64,000 nt of DNA from Octopus vulgaris (GCA_951406725.2 OX597828.1:42966001-43030000); one strand, 5' to 3'. Numbered from the stretch's first letter, positions 37,870 to 55,641 are shown. Numbers and translations are program-made. Notes: generated by a model from the letters alone, not told the origin.

Positions 37870-38354
37870 TCATCTCTTCCTCCCAGCACCTTTTCTACAG
37901 CACCTTTACAAAGGGGAGACAAGCACCCCCAACGCCTAGGCCTGCATCCAGAGACATGACATGTTTCTGAGTCTAGCTCGTCGTCAGTCTGGAGTAGCAA
38001 GGCCTGCTAGCTGAAGATACCTGTCTAAGCCTTGTAAACATATATATCTATATTTTCAGTGAAGTTTATGCACTGATCACCAAAATTAGAAATATTAAGT
38101 TTCTAAATATCTCAGAGAGATATGAGCGGTGGTGGAATGATAGCGCCTAGCTGTTGGGGGTGTTTGTCTCCCCTTTGTAAACATAACGACACAGGAATTG
38201 TGTCAAGGCCGACAGGAAGCACTGATGCTTCCTAGGGCTAAATAGCGGTGGTGTAATTCCCTCTATTGGAATGTCACGTTAAGTTGGCAGTATACAACCG
38301 CTCTATCGTTCTACCACCGCTCATATCTCTCTGAGATATTTAGAAATTTAATAT
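37870..38354. mobile_element. Family D-related structured element with two inverted repeats and a hammerhead
   Basis: Inverted repeats 38092-38146/38300-38354 and 37905-37941/38145-38180. Confidence 0.55.
37948..37992 (-). ncRNA. Type-I hammerhead motif with a 5-nt duplication at the cleavage site
   Basis: Minus strand ccaga CTGACGA c gag-ctaga-ctc a GAAAC at GTC atgtc tctgg. Confidence 0.6.
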
Positions 38355-38399
38355 ATATATATAAAGCACGGACACACATATAATATATGATTATGTATC

Positions 38400-38772
38400 T
38401 CTTATACTCTTTTACTCTTTTACTTGTTTCAGTTATTTGACTGCGGCCATGCTGGAGCACTACCTTTAGTCGAGCAATTCGACCCCAGGACTTATTCTTT
38501 GTAAGCCTAGTACTTATTATATCGGTCTCTTATGCCGAACCGCTAAGTTACGGGGACGTAAACACACCAGCATCGGTTGTCAAGGGATGTTAGGGGACAC
38601 GCTCAGACACACAAATACACACACACGCACACACACACACACATACACATATGCATATGTATATACGACGGGCTTCTTTCAGTTTCCGTCTACCAAATCC
38701 ACTCACAAGGCTTTGGTCGGCCCGAGGCTATAGTAGAAGACACTTGCCCAAGGTGTCACACAGGGGGACTGA
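38400..38772 (-). mobile_element. SINE family 1
   Basis: Reverse-complement homology. Confidence 0.8.
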
Positions 38773-38829
38773 GCCAGAAACACCTACACACATATGATAT
38801 ATGTTTATGTATATAAATTTTTTAACGAT

Positions 38830-39310
38830 TCAAACCTGATCTGTTTGAGCTAATTTATTAAATTGAAGATATTTTTTCACTTATATTCTTTCGGAGAGGT
38901 TTTAATTTGATGGAAAGGGGTTTAGTAGATTTTTGGGGTTGGCCACACCTAATTCAGATTTTAGACGGCTGACTAGTTGTTGAGCTTGTCTTTGTGGTCT
39001 TTGAATGTAATATATGTTTTTTTTTTTGTTTTTTTGTCAAAACAGTCGCCATTGTGTTCACGTAGTTTGGTTGCTATTTATTTTCCTTAAAGTTCGTGAA
39101 TAGACAGAAAACACATACCAACACAATCTACAGGGATATATAAATACAATAAATACAATAAGCTTTTTCAACAACATGTTCGTATTTGCCGACAAAGGGA
39201 ACAATTTATACGAAAGGAATAACTACCACGTCGTTGGAAAAGCTTATAAAAGTTCAACAATATTAGATAGAAATATATCAATACAAATAATAACGAATAT
39301 TGGAGTGGCG
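38830..39310. pseudogene. Degenerate fragments of a second PLE RT family, in opposite orientations
   Basis: Minus strand near 38980-39015 reads YITFKDHKDKLNN (PLE ITLKDHK motif); plus strand from 39176 reads MFVFADKGNNLYE (PLE ADK motif). Confidence 0.45.
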
Positions 39311-39331
39311 GCAATGATTCATCAGCTGTTT

Positions 39332-39456
<125 letters not shown>

Positions 39457-39498
39457 CATACACACACATACACACACACATACATACACACACACACA

Positions 39499-39545
<47 letters not shown>

Positions 39546-39666
39546 TACACACACACATACACACACGCACACACACATACACACACACATACACACACGC
39601 ACACACGTACACATGATTATTGTGGTTGCATGCGTACACCTTGTAATTGTATACACAATTATGCAT

Positions 39667-39912
39667 AGGCGTTGGAATGGCTGTGTGGTAAGTAACTTGC
39701 TTACGAACCACATGGTTCCGGGTTCAAACCAACTGCGTGGCACCTTGGGCAAGTGTCTTCTACTATAGCCTCGCGCCGACCAAAGCTTGTGAGTGGATTT
39801 GGCAGACGGAAACTGAACGAAGCTCGTCGTATATATGTATATATATGTATGTGTGTATATGTTTGTGTGTCTGTGTTTGTCTCCACAACATCGCTTGACA
39901 ACCGATGCTGGT
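39667..39912 (+). mobile_element. SINE family 1, 5' part
   Basis: Homology to 7563-7815. Confidence 0.8.
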
Positions 39913-40002
39913 GGGGTGGTGAGGGGACAAACACTGACACAAAGACACGCATAAAATACGTACGGCTATCTGTCTACATACATACATACATACATACATA
40001 CA

Positions 40003-40111
<109 letters not shown>

Positions 40112-40498
40112 AAATTATAATTAATCTCCCTCTAATTAATGCTTCGGATTTTACCGAAATAAGCATAGTGTTTGATGATTTTAACCCACGCTGGTGGAAA
40201 GGGGAGAACAGAAATTCTTCGCTTGCTTATTTGGGTTTGTTGGCACTGTTAGTTACGAGCGGATCTTCGAAAGGGTATGTTCTTACTTTCAGTGTTTCCA
40301 AATCCAAACCAAGGAGTAGCTGATGATAGAAATGTTGTTTTGATATAAACGTACGTTCTCAAATAACCTAGCATATTTTTTGATGTCCTTACCCCCAAAC
40401 TAGTTGAATTAAGCAAACACTATATATGAGAGAGATTTTCTTTAAGTATTAGAAATAGCTTTAAAAAAGTTTTTTAGCTGCTATTTCTAATGAGTTCA

Positions 40499-40557
<59 letters not shown>

Positions 40558-40558
<1 letters not shown>

Positions 40559-40702
40559 GGCTGCTTCTTTTCAGTTTCTCGTGTACCAAATCCACTCACA
40601 AGACTATGATCAGCCCCAGGCTATAATAGAAAACTCGCACCCAAGGTACCACGCAGTGGGACTGAACCCGGAACTATGTATCTGGGAAGCAAGCTTCTTA
40701 CA
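40558..40702 (-). mobile_element. SINE family 1, degenerate head
   Basis: Reverse-complement homology. Confidence 0.65.
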
Positions 40703-41402
40703 GCATAGCAGGCACACGCGGACACACCCACACACATATATGCACTACGCGCACACGCACGCACACACATCTCAGCAGCAGAACCACATACTCAAGAGCA
40801 TTCTAACCTACATACACACACACACACACACTGTTTATACGTGTAGACGCACACACCCAACCATAAATATCTAAACATAACTTGTAGATATTCCATGTGT
40901 AAGATATGTGCATATATATTTGTTAGTCATTATCGTTTTATATTTCCGCTTTAGTATTGGACGGAAAAGCTTTATAAAATATTCTTTTGTCCTGCAGAGC
41001 GCGCAAAATCTGTGAATCAAGGGAAAAATTTAATGGGCGCAGTAATCACAAGGGATCCATTTGTCGAGAAAATTCCATCTTGACATTTGCGCAAATGAGA
41101 GATTTATAGCGTTCTACATCCTCAAAATAAAGTTAGTGGTAAAAGTATGGGCGCATGTGCAGTACTAGCGTGTCGCTGCATCTATCATTTTGTAGGTGAT
41201 TTTATACTAGTTCTGGCGTATGATACTTTTGCACCACTCAGGCAACACACTTCCTGCTCGTGGCTTTGTTTGCGTCGGCGTTTCTAGTAAAATGTTTAAG
41301 AAGTCTAAGTGGAAAAAACCTACCTCAACCTCATTTAAACGTCTTATACGACACGCCGTGAAAATGATAGGTCTATTCTTTGACATGCCGGTCCCCACGC
41401 AG

Positions 41403-41478
<76 letters not shown>

Positions 41479-42003
41479 TACACACACACACACAAAGTTA
41501 CTCGATGAAAAAAAATTTCGCAAAGAAAATTTTCACTCTGTAATTAAACCGCAAATTAATAATAAAATCGTCATTTAAGGCAGAATCGTTTGCGGCAGAG
41601 CAAAATGCTTAGCGGCATATCGTCCGTCTTCGCGTTCTGAGTTCAAATTTTGCCGAATTTGACTTTGTATTTCATCCTCGTGGGGTTGATAAAATAAGTA
41701 CCAGTTGAGTACTGGAGTCAGTGTAATCGACTTTTCCCCACCCCCGAAATTGCTGGCCTTGTGCCAAAAGCTGAAAGCAATATTGAAATCATCATCAAAT
41801 AATGTTTAACTCACTGAAAAGGAGAAATGACAACTCAAAGCGTTAACAGATTGCAGTATACAGGACTTGTGAATCTCTCCCCGCCCCTCTCTCTATCTAT
41901 GTTTAAATTTATGAATTTAAGGAAAATACTGTATGTATATTTTTTAGACATATACATTTTTTCAATTCAATACATACAAACATGCATATATACATTACAT
42001 ACA

Positions 42004-42054
<51 letters not shown>

Positions 42055-42077
42055 CATATATACATTACATACATATA

Positions 42078-42159
<82 letters not shown>

Positions 42160-42163
<4 letters not shown>

Positions 42164-42340
42164 GAAGAGTTCATGAAAAAAACAGAAGACGAAGACAAGT
42201 GGTGTACAAAACAAACATATGTATTAGTATAGCGCTCAGGAATAGAAAAAGTCTTTTACGTTTCGAGCCTACGCTCTTCTACAGAAAGGGACACAGAAAA
42301 AAACAAGGAGAGAAACAAGGAGAGAAAAAAAATGTGCGTA
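42160..42340 (-). mobile_element. Short PLE-end element (family A) with hammerhead motif at ~42253-42288
   Basis: Minus strand ttt CTGTAGAA gagc-gtag-gctc GAAACGTA aaa; abuts (TA)n. Confidence 0.65.
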
Positions 42341-42345
42341 TAAAA

Positions 42346-42575
42346 ATACTCTTTTACTCTTTTGCTTGTTTCAGTCATGTGACTGTGGCCATGCTGGAGC
42401 ACCGCCTTTAGTCGAGCAAATCGACCCCAGGACTTATTCTTTGTAAGCCAAGTACTTATCCTATCGGTCGCTTTTGCCCAACCGCTAAGTTACGTGGACG
42501 TAAACACAGCAGCATCGGTTGTCAAGCGATGTTGGGGTAACAAACACAGACATAAAACCATATACACACACATAC
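42346..42575 (-). mobile_element. SINE family 1, 3' half
   Basis: Reverse-complement homology. Confidence 0.8.
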
Positions 42576-42769
42576 CTATGAGGTCGACTTTGCCTTTCAT
42601 CCTCTCGGGGTCGATAAATAAAGTACCAGTTTCGCACTGGGTCGATGTAATCGACTTAATCCCTTTGTCTGTCCTTGTTTTTCCCTTCTATGTTTAGCCC
42701 CTTGTGGGTTGTAAAGAAATATATATGTATATATATATACATATATTATTATTATTATTATTATTATTA

Positions 42770-42827
<58 letters not shown>

Positions 42828-42832
42828 CATTA

Positions 42833-43661
42833 TCTATGTTTGACTTTTGCTTTATGTCTGTACAAGTTGGCTCCAAGTCTCACCCAGAGACCTCAAGAGA
42901 CAACAGGTTGGAAGTTCTGTGCCATATATTTGGTGGGTTTTTTTTGGTGTTGTACTAGTGAATGTCTAATACATAAAAATAAAAAATAAATAAATTTAAA
43001 AAAATAAATAAATAAATAAAAAAAAAAAAGTTTGTTTTAAACCTTGGGATTACATAGAGAGTATTTTGCGTAGGATATGAGCACTATCTTTTGAATTTCT
43101 GCCATTTTGGGGTTTCCTGGTATCTGAGTTAGGTAGCAATCAGTCCCTTTCGCTATCATTCCCAGGGCACCTATGACAACAGGTATTGTTTTAGTCTTCA
43201 GCTTCCACATTTTGCTGATTTCTATTTCAAGATCTTTATATTTTCTCAGTTTTTGGTAGGTCTTGACAGATACGTTTATATCGATTGGGACAGTCATATC
43301 AATGAGGAGGCATGTTCTTTGTCTGAAGTCTTTCAATATAATGTCTGGCCTATTTGCATCTATCTTCCTGTCAGTTTGAATGGTGAAGTTCCAGAGGAGT
43401 GAGATGTGGTCATTTTCAAGCACAGGAGGTGGATTGTGTTCCCACCAGTTTTTTTCATGGGGCAAATCCAGGTTTTTGCAAATTACCCAGTGAATATATT
43501 GTGCTGCTCTATCATGCCTACTCAGGTACTCTGTAGGCGCTAGAAGACTGCATTTGGAGACAACATGGTCAATGGTTTCATTTTGTTGTCGGCATACACG
43601 ACATGTTGGGCTACTGCCGTTCTTTAATATGTTGGCCTGGTAGTTTCTTGTTGGTAGGCAT
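42833..43661 (-). mobile_element. 5'-truncated R4/Dong-like LINE (CCHC knuckle + restriction-like endonuclease + 3' UTR)
   Basis: CRVC..ETIDHVVSKC..RHD..RPDI..LLIDMTVP..K..KYKDL..IPVVIGALG; (TAA)n on both sides. Confidence 0.85.
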
Positions 43662-43856
43662 TGATTATTATTATTATTCAGGTGACTGCTTGGAATCGAA
43701 CTCGGAATCTTGGAGTTAGTATGGTGAAAAGGAGGAGTAACTGTAATATTGAAATTTTTTTTAGTTTTTAATCCACTATATAACTCTTTGTCTACAATAT
43801 ATATAACATAGTCGAACAATTATGCCCCGTTCTTTCGTTTAGTGAACATTAAAATA

Positions 43857-44928
<1,072 letters not shown>

Positions 44929-45348
44929 AAAATATAATTCAATATCGAAAAATAAAGCAACAGTCCTAGTTTTGTAGAGGTCGCAAATAAATATCAGTAC
45001 TTATATTGCAAAATCAAATAGATGCGCCCCACCCCCCACAGACAGGTCTCTATATACAATTAAGAAGAAATAGTTAGTCAATGAAAATAAAAATAAAATT
45101 AGAAGTTTTCCCCAGGTGCGAGATATTAAGCAGGAAATATTTTCACCTTCCTTCCTAAACGAACGGAGCAATAAAAACTAATAGCGTCTCTTACGCTGTA
45201 TAATCGATTCTAAGAATGAAAGGAGTGACCAAAGTTTAATTGTCCGTTGAGGAAAGCAATTCAACCAGTCTGCCACAATATTTAGCCTGTACTCATTCAT
45301 ACAGGCAGACATTCAGCCCAATTTATAAAAAAAAAAAAAAATGATTTA

Positions 45349-45905
45349 ACGCAGGAGTGGCTGTGTGGTAAGTAGCTTGCTAACCAACCACATGGTTCAG
45401 GGTTCAGTCCCCACTGCGTGGCATCTTGGGCAAGTGTCTTCTGCTATAGCCCCGGGCCGACCAATGCCTTGTGAGTGGATTTGGTAGACGGAAACTGAAA
45501 GAAGCCTGTCGTATATATGTATATATATATATATGTGTATGTGTATGTTTGTGTGTCTGTGTTTGTCCCCCTAGCATTGCTTGACAACCGATGCTGGTGT
45601 GTTTACGTCGCCGTCACTTAGTGGTTCGGCAAAATAGACCGATAGAATAGTACTGGGCTTACAAAGAATAAGTTCCGGGGTCGAGTTGCTCGACTAAAGG
45701 CTATGCTCCAGCATTGCTTGACAACCGATGCTGGTGTGTTTATGTCCCCTTTACTTAGCGGTTCGGCAAAAGAGACCGATAGAATAAGTACTGGGCTTAC
45801 AAAGAATAAGTCCCGGGGTAGATTTGCTCGATTAAAGGCGGAGCTCCAGCATGGCCGCAGTCAAATGACTGAAACAAGTACAAGAGTAAAAGAGTAAAGA
45901 GAGTA
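45349..45905 (+). mobile_element. SINE family 1 with internal tandem duplication
   Basis: agcattgcttgacaaccgatgc block at ~45573 and ~45710. Confidence 0.85.
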
Positions 45906-46134
45906 ACCGTTCACTGCAAGTAGTGTCACGTAGGATACAGACCGATTTTTACGACACTAAATGTGTAGTGATTCCTTCATTAGAAAAGGTGACTTTTAAA
46001 ACATCTATTACAATATCCAGTGTAAGCACTTAAATGAGAAACAAGGAGGAAAAATAGTACTCGAATACCAGATGTAGAGTAATATGCTTTATTAAAAAGC
46101 AGCCAAAATATCACAAAAGCTGTTACTTAATAAA

Positions 46135-46188
<54 letters not shown>

Positions 46189-46202
46189 ATAATATATATA
46201 TA

Positions 46203-46325
<123 letters not shown>

Positions 46326-46526
46326 GCAGCACGGACTTTTGTCAGTGAACAGGTCGCGGATTTATAGCGACGAAAATATTTTGACAAATTAAACTTAAAT
46401 GTTGAAGTGGATCGAACGGCTTTTGTGTGTTTCTTAAATGGCTTACAAACAGCTTCCACGCTGCAATTGTTTTCGTTTCAGCACACGATCTCAGATCAAA
46501 TCACTTGCTATGCAATTACATCTCCG

Positions 46527-46602
<76 letters not shown>

Positions 46603-46700
46603 CAATTAAGGACTGAACACGAAAAGTGGACAGTCAACATGGTAGATATAGACGTCAAATCGCCATTCTCCACAAAATGATTATGTTCTCAAATCAAACT

Positions 46701-46778
<78 letters not shown>

Positions 46779-46922
46779 ATATGTATTAATGGAAAACCTC
46801 TATAAATGGCTGATAATTGCTGAACATTTTAAAACTGTTGTAATACTTACAATGCTTAAGAAAATGATGTAGCGTGAAACGATCGTACCAAATTACCGAA
46901 GATATTCTTGTTGTTTATTTTG

Positions 46923-46988
<66 letters not shown>

Positions 46989-46989
<1 letters not shown>

Positions 46990-47190
46990 CTGAAATTTAC
47001 GACAAAACAAAAGACGAAGACAGACAGGTGTATAAACAACAAGAAGGTGTATTAGTTTGACGTTCGGGACGATGAGAAAGTCTTTTACGTTTCGCGCCTA
47101 CGCCCTTCAACAGAAATGAACACGAGGAAATAAACAGAGAGAGAATAAAAAACCTTTGGAGTTGGCGGTCAATCATGGCGACTGACATAG
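46989..47190 (-). mobile_element. Short PLE-end element (family A) with degenerate hammerhead motif at ~47082-47116
   Basis: Minus strand ttt CTGTTGAA gggc-gtag-gcgc GAAACGTA aaa; abuts (TA)n. Confidence 0.6.
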
Positions 47191-47224
47191 ACGCCTTTAA
47201 TTATGAACATGGCAAAAAAATTAC

Positions 47225-48390
<1,166 letters not shown>

Positions 48391-49350
48391 GAAGAGCTTC
48401 TTTCAGTTTCCTTCTACCAAATCCACTTACAAGACTACGGTCAGTCCCTTGGCTATAGCAGACGACATTTGCTTCGCAGATGGAGTGAACGCGCTGCCGG
48501 TGCTGTATGGTTGGGAAGCCAACTTCTTACCACACAGCTACACTTGCAGTATTATATTATTAGTTGGGTGCTGTGGGGCCTGAATTGTTAAGAATCTTGC
48601 TTTACCAGCACGAAGTTATTGATTGGTTTCTAACACATGGCAACAACCTCAGCAATCGATATTTTTTATGACCACGTATTGACCTATAACTTTCAAGTGA
48701 AATTGGGTGGATGGAAACTTGATGGAAGCTCAAAAGATACAGTATTGTATCATACTAAGTCACATAGATTCAAAAGAATGCACGTGTCTACGGAATATTG
48801 TTAATTCAAGAGCAGATAATTCAGGTGGTTTGAGACGGCAAAATTTTTATCTATTGTAAAATTCAAAGCTTCTTAAAAGCACTGTAATCTCTAACTTTAT
48901 TATTATTATTATTATTTAGGAGGCGAGCTTGCAGAATCGTAAGCATGCAGGTCAACACATTCAGCAGTATTTCTTCTGTCTTTATATTTTGAGCCAAAAT
49001 TCCACCAAGGTCAACTTTGCTCTTCGTCATTTCGGGATCGATAAAATAAGTACCAGTTGAGCATTGGGGTCAATGTAATCGATTAGCCCCCCCCCACCTC
49101 CCGCAAAATTTTCTGGCTTTGTGGCAATAGCAGTGAGAAATATTATTAGTATTATTATTTAGGCGGCATACAAGCACAATGATTAGGATACCGATCTACA
49201 TGTTTAGCAGTAGTTTATCCGGTTTACATTCTGAATTAATATTCCGTTCAGGCTGTCATCATCATCATCATCATCATTTTATTATTATTATCATCACCAT
49301 CGTTTTATTATTATTATCATCATCATCATCATCATTATTATTATTACTAT

Positions 49351-49900
49351 TGAGTGAGAGAGCAGTGCATGCCATCAAAGTGACACTGGGGAAAAATATA
49401 CGAAGCCCAATATACCCATCATGACTACCCGTCTGATAAGGGTACACCAGGCACATGCATCACAACCATATGTGCACGACATGATGATCTCATATCAAGA
49501 TAAATAGCACATGACCTTGCAGGTGGGGCCCAGTTAGAATTTTCTTCAGGTTGAGTAGCCCATCCCGCTCAATAGGTCCCTGAATAAGGGTTGTTTAAGG
49601 ATGTTGAAAGAACCACCCATGTTTCCAGAGGTGAATTATTCAAACCCCAAAGAATCCCTCTCAACACATGGCTATGATGCTCCCCCACTACTTCTGCTCG
49701 TGATCAGAGATGCACATATTGTCAGCCACTAAGGGACATGCTCAACTGGTTAAGGTCAAACAACTGACAAGCAAATGTGTGGTATTGAGCAGAATATTTG
49801 CTGTAGCCCATCTTTTATACCAAGACAAAACAATGTACATGATAACACTTCCAATCAGTTAAGATCAGAAGCCATGAGAGCCACTGCCTGGTACTGCATC
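49351..49900. mobile_element. Unclassified ~550-bp non-coding element embedded in (ATT)n/(ATC)n
   Basis: Complex sequence sharply bounded by trinucleotide tracts; no long ORF. Confidence 0.35.
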
Positions 49901-49912
49901 ATCATTATTATG

Positions 49913-50061
<149 letters not shown>

Positions 50062-50844
50062 CATCATTATTATTATTGTGATGATGGTTTTAGTGATGAA
50101 GATTATGATAATATGATGATCATGAGGATGATGATGATGATGATGGTGATAATGGCGATGATGGTAGTGGTGGTAGTGGCTTTGATGATGAAAGACGAAG
50201 ATAATGATGACGACGTCGGCAATAGCAGCGACGGGGACAATGTTAACAAAGATGATGTTAATTACCAGAATGACAATTAGAAAAGCCTACTTTGACACCA
50301 ACGGCAAAAACCTCACCAAAAGCATTTGTAATGAAACAATATAAACGGTAAAAATAAAGCAATAACACAGACACACACACACATATGTATATTTAAATAC
50401 AGACACTCACACACGCATTGAGACATATATATATATATATATATATAAATATATATATTTATACACACACACACACACACACATATATATATGTATATAC
50501 TTGTGTGGAGGCACATGGCCTAGTGGTTAGAGCAGCGGAATAGAGGTCGAGAGATCGTGGGTTCGAATCTCAGACCGAGTGAGGTGTATGTTTATGATTG
50601 AAGCACCTAAGCTCCACGCGGCTCCGGCAGAAGGCAAAGACGAACTTCTGTTGACTCTTTCGCCACAACTTTCTCTCGCTCTTTCCTCCTTCAACTTGCA
50701 GCTCACCTGCGACGGACCGGCGTCCCGTCCAGGTGGGGAACCTATACGCCAAGGAAACCAGGAAACCGGCCCTATGAGCCAAGCATGGCTTGAGAAGGAA
50801 CAAACAATATATATGTATGTATGGTAAGACGTTTGTAGGATTCA

Positions 50845-51247
50845 TAGCAGAATTTGAAGCGGCTCAGAGCTATACATAATGAAGACTGACAGAGCTACAG
50901 TTCTATTCTCTGGAGCAAAGAAGGGATGGGTACGCAGTAATATATGTATGGAAGATACTGGAAGGGCTGGCACCAAACTTTGGAATACCAGACCTCGAAA
51001 TGGCTTCATTGCACTGTTCCCAGCTGTCTCATTTAGGGCGAGGACCATATTCTGCAATAGCTTGGCATTCAAGGGCCTACAGCTAGTTAACTCCCTGCCA
51101 AAAATTCTGAGGGATCTTCATGGAGTGGGAGTAGATGTTTTCAAGAAAAGACTTGACCTCTTACTATCCGAGATCACAGATGAACCAATATCAAGGCAGG
51201 AAACTCAAAAGAGAGCAGCGATATCGAACTCTCTCCTTCACCTGTAG
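50845..51247 (+). mobile_element. CR1-group LINE 3' fragment
   Basis: CNSLAFKGLQLVNSLPKILRDLHGVGVDVFKKRLDLLL..DEP; homologous to 22945-23285. Confidence 0.8.
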
Positions 51248-51324
51248 CCAAACCTATGGCAGTGCCCCAGCATGGCCGCAGCCTCAAGGCTGAAACACAT
51301 AAAAGAATATATATATATATGCGA

Positions 51325-51905
<581 letters not shown>

Positions 51906-52308
51906 AAGATATATGTACAAATATGCATATATAACACATTCACACATATACACACGCACACACACACGCACACACACACACACACACACGCACTAAGACA
52001 CACATACACGTACGCACTTGCGCACACACGTACACACACACACACACTAACACATAAACATACATACGCACACTGACACATACACACAAACACACACATA
52101 CACACAAAGACACACACTAACACACACACACACACACTAACACGCAAACATACATACGCGAACACATACACAAAACACGCAACACACACACACGCACACA
52201 CATACACACAAACACACACATACATACAAAGACACCTACACAAACACACACATACACTGAAAGACACACATACACACAAAACACACATACATACAAAACA
52301 CACCTACA

Positions 52309-52349
<41 letters not shown>

Positions 52350-52430
52350 CACACACACAAAACACACATACACACAAAACACACCTACACATACACGCAA
52401 AACACACCTACAGAAACACACACACCAACA

Positions 52431-52479
<49 letters not shown>

Positions 52480-53498
52480 GCATATACACGCACACACACG
52501 GAGACGCACAGACACTCACGCACATGCATGGAAGGAAAACAAACAACAAGAAAAACACTGAATTTGAAAAAAGAAAAAAACAGAAAAGAACAAATAGGAA
52601 GAGAGACTCATAAGTAACGTGGAATAGAGTTCTGCCTGTGTGAACTTAATAAATATAACACTAGTTCTTCCTATTGATCAAGTTAATCATATATTTATAT
52701 TTATAATTACATGTATATGCATCTACTCATATATTTATATTTATAATTATGTGTCTTTGTGTCTATTTCTATATTTATTTCTTCATTTGTTTATGTTTAT
52801 AACAAAGTCAATCGTCTGAAATTTCATTAAGTTTTGTTTACACTGAGTATAGTTTCTCTTTCAACATCGGTTAGTTAGCCTGGAATTAATTAGTTTAGTC
52901 TCTTCTGGCTTCGCCATTATATGCCGCTCACATACGTGTATTCATTCATATAGGCGTATATAAATGTGTAAAACTTACATGTATACATAGATAAATATAT
53001 ATATATATGTATACGTACGTAGTTCTGCATATATATGTGTGTGTGTGTGTCAGTGAGTGTGTGTGTGTATAGCTATCTCCCTCTTTGTCTATACGTTTGT
53101 GCGAGTGTGATCAGTCAAGAAACCTTTTGTTGTGCAGCTTAATGTCATACATACATACATACATACATACATACATACATACATACATACATACATACAT
53201 ACATACATACATACGTACGTACTTACTTACACACATACATACGCACGGACATACACCACGTCAATATATATATATATAAACATGAATATATACGAATGTA
53301 TACATACGCACATACGCACACACACACACACATATATATATATGTGTATATATATAACATGCACGAATGCCTGACTATATTTAGATATATACATGCATCT
53401 TTCTAAAGCAATAAAATATTTATAAAATACAATAAAATATATCTAAAGAGATATATAAATATTAAAAAATTATGCACATATATGTATGGTTATATACA

Positions 53499-53614
<116 letters not shown>

Positions 53615-53637
53615 ATTCTTAGTATGCTATATATATA

Positions 53638-53709
<72 letters not shown>

Positions 53710-53743
53710 CTATATATATATATGTGTGTATACATATGGAAGC

Positions 53744-53793
<50 letters not shown>

Positions 53794-54494
53794 GTATTTG
53801 ATTTGATACAAATATATACATATAAATTATACGTATATATACTAACACATTCGCTCATATATTCATATGTATACAATCGAGAAGTAAGTCTAATGTTATT
53901 TCCGATGCTATTCTGTATCCTATAAATCAATTTAAGCAACATCCAATACGCCATGTCAAATTCACTAATTAAAGGTGATACGTTGTTAAATATTAGATTT
54001 GCAATATTGAAATTTCTTGAAATTTCTCATTTCATCCAAAACGGTAAACAATTCTTTTTCAGCCTTCTCCCTCATATACATCACCTGATTTTAAGTTGTA
54101 CATACATATGTTGCCTTATTACGTTTATAAATACACACATACACTCATAAATACACACACACACATCTATATGTACATATATATATGTGTGTATATAAGC
54201 GTATATATATATATATATTTCTTTGCGAGGATAAATTTTTTACCTAAACAGGCATCGATAAAAATATTTAATTTAAAGTCAAAAGACACTTGCAGGCATA
54301 ATATCTGCATTCATATACATTTGTGCTTCCTTATGTATAGGGATAAGTATGTATCTATTTACCTCTTTCATTCCTTCTTTTCTCTTTTCCTCCCTCGTCA
54401 CCGCGTCCGTCTCTCATAATTTCTCTTTTTCTCCTTCTATCTCGCTCAATTTCTATCCCTTTTCTTCTACCTATCCATTTACCTATATTCCTAA

Positions 54495-54662
<168 letters not shown>

Positions 54663-54856
54663 CGTATAATTCACACACACACATATGCATCTCTCTCTAT
54701 ATATACATATGCATTTGTGAATTTATATTTAATTATATGTTTACAGCTTTTATATCGAATTATTTTCTGTACAAAACTGTATTACAAATAATTTTTCTTC
54801 TCACTCGAGAGGTATTTCATTAAAAGAAAACTAATTACAGAAATGCACATAGGTAG

Positions 54857-54898
<42 letters not shown>

Positions 54899-55259
54899 GT
54901 GTGAGTGTCTGAATATATGTTAGCGTAAATGTGTTCCTTTGTGCGTGCGTGTGACCGTGTATGTGATTGTGTGTGTATGTGTTTGTATGTGTGTGTGTGT
55001 GTTTTCGAGCATGTATGTGACAACCCGTCGTAACCTTACATACTTCTCTGGAGTATGTAATTATTAAATGATAAAGTCAGTATATGCTCTCGACATAAAT
55101 ATTTCATCAAGATCTTTTAAAAACAAATAAAACGAATGGGAAATGCGATAGGTGTACAATTTATAAGGCGTAGTAGATTCCTCCATACGGGCATGGTGAG
55201 TGATAGAGAGATAAAGAGAGATATACAAATATACATACACACAAATACACACACACACA

Positions 55260-55321
<62 letters not shown>

Positions 55322-55450
55322 CATACGCACACACATATATATGTATTATATATATACGTATATACATACACATAGGCATATGAATTCATATGTGTACATA
55401 TATTTACAAGCATATATATATGTAAATATACATACACACACACAATACAT

Positions 55451-55487
<37 letters not shown>

Positions 55488-55574
55488 CATACGCACACAC
55501 ATATATATGTATTATATATACGTACATACATACACATAGACATATGAATTCATATATATACATATATTTACATG

Positions 55575-55641
<67 letters not shown>

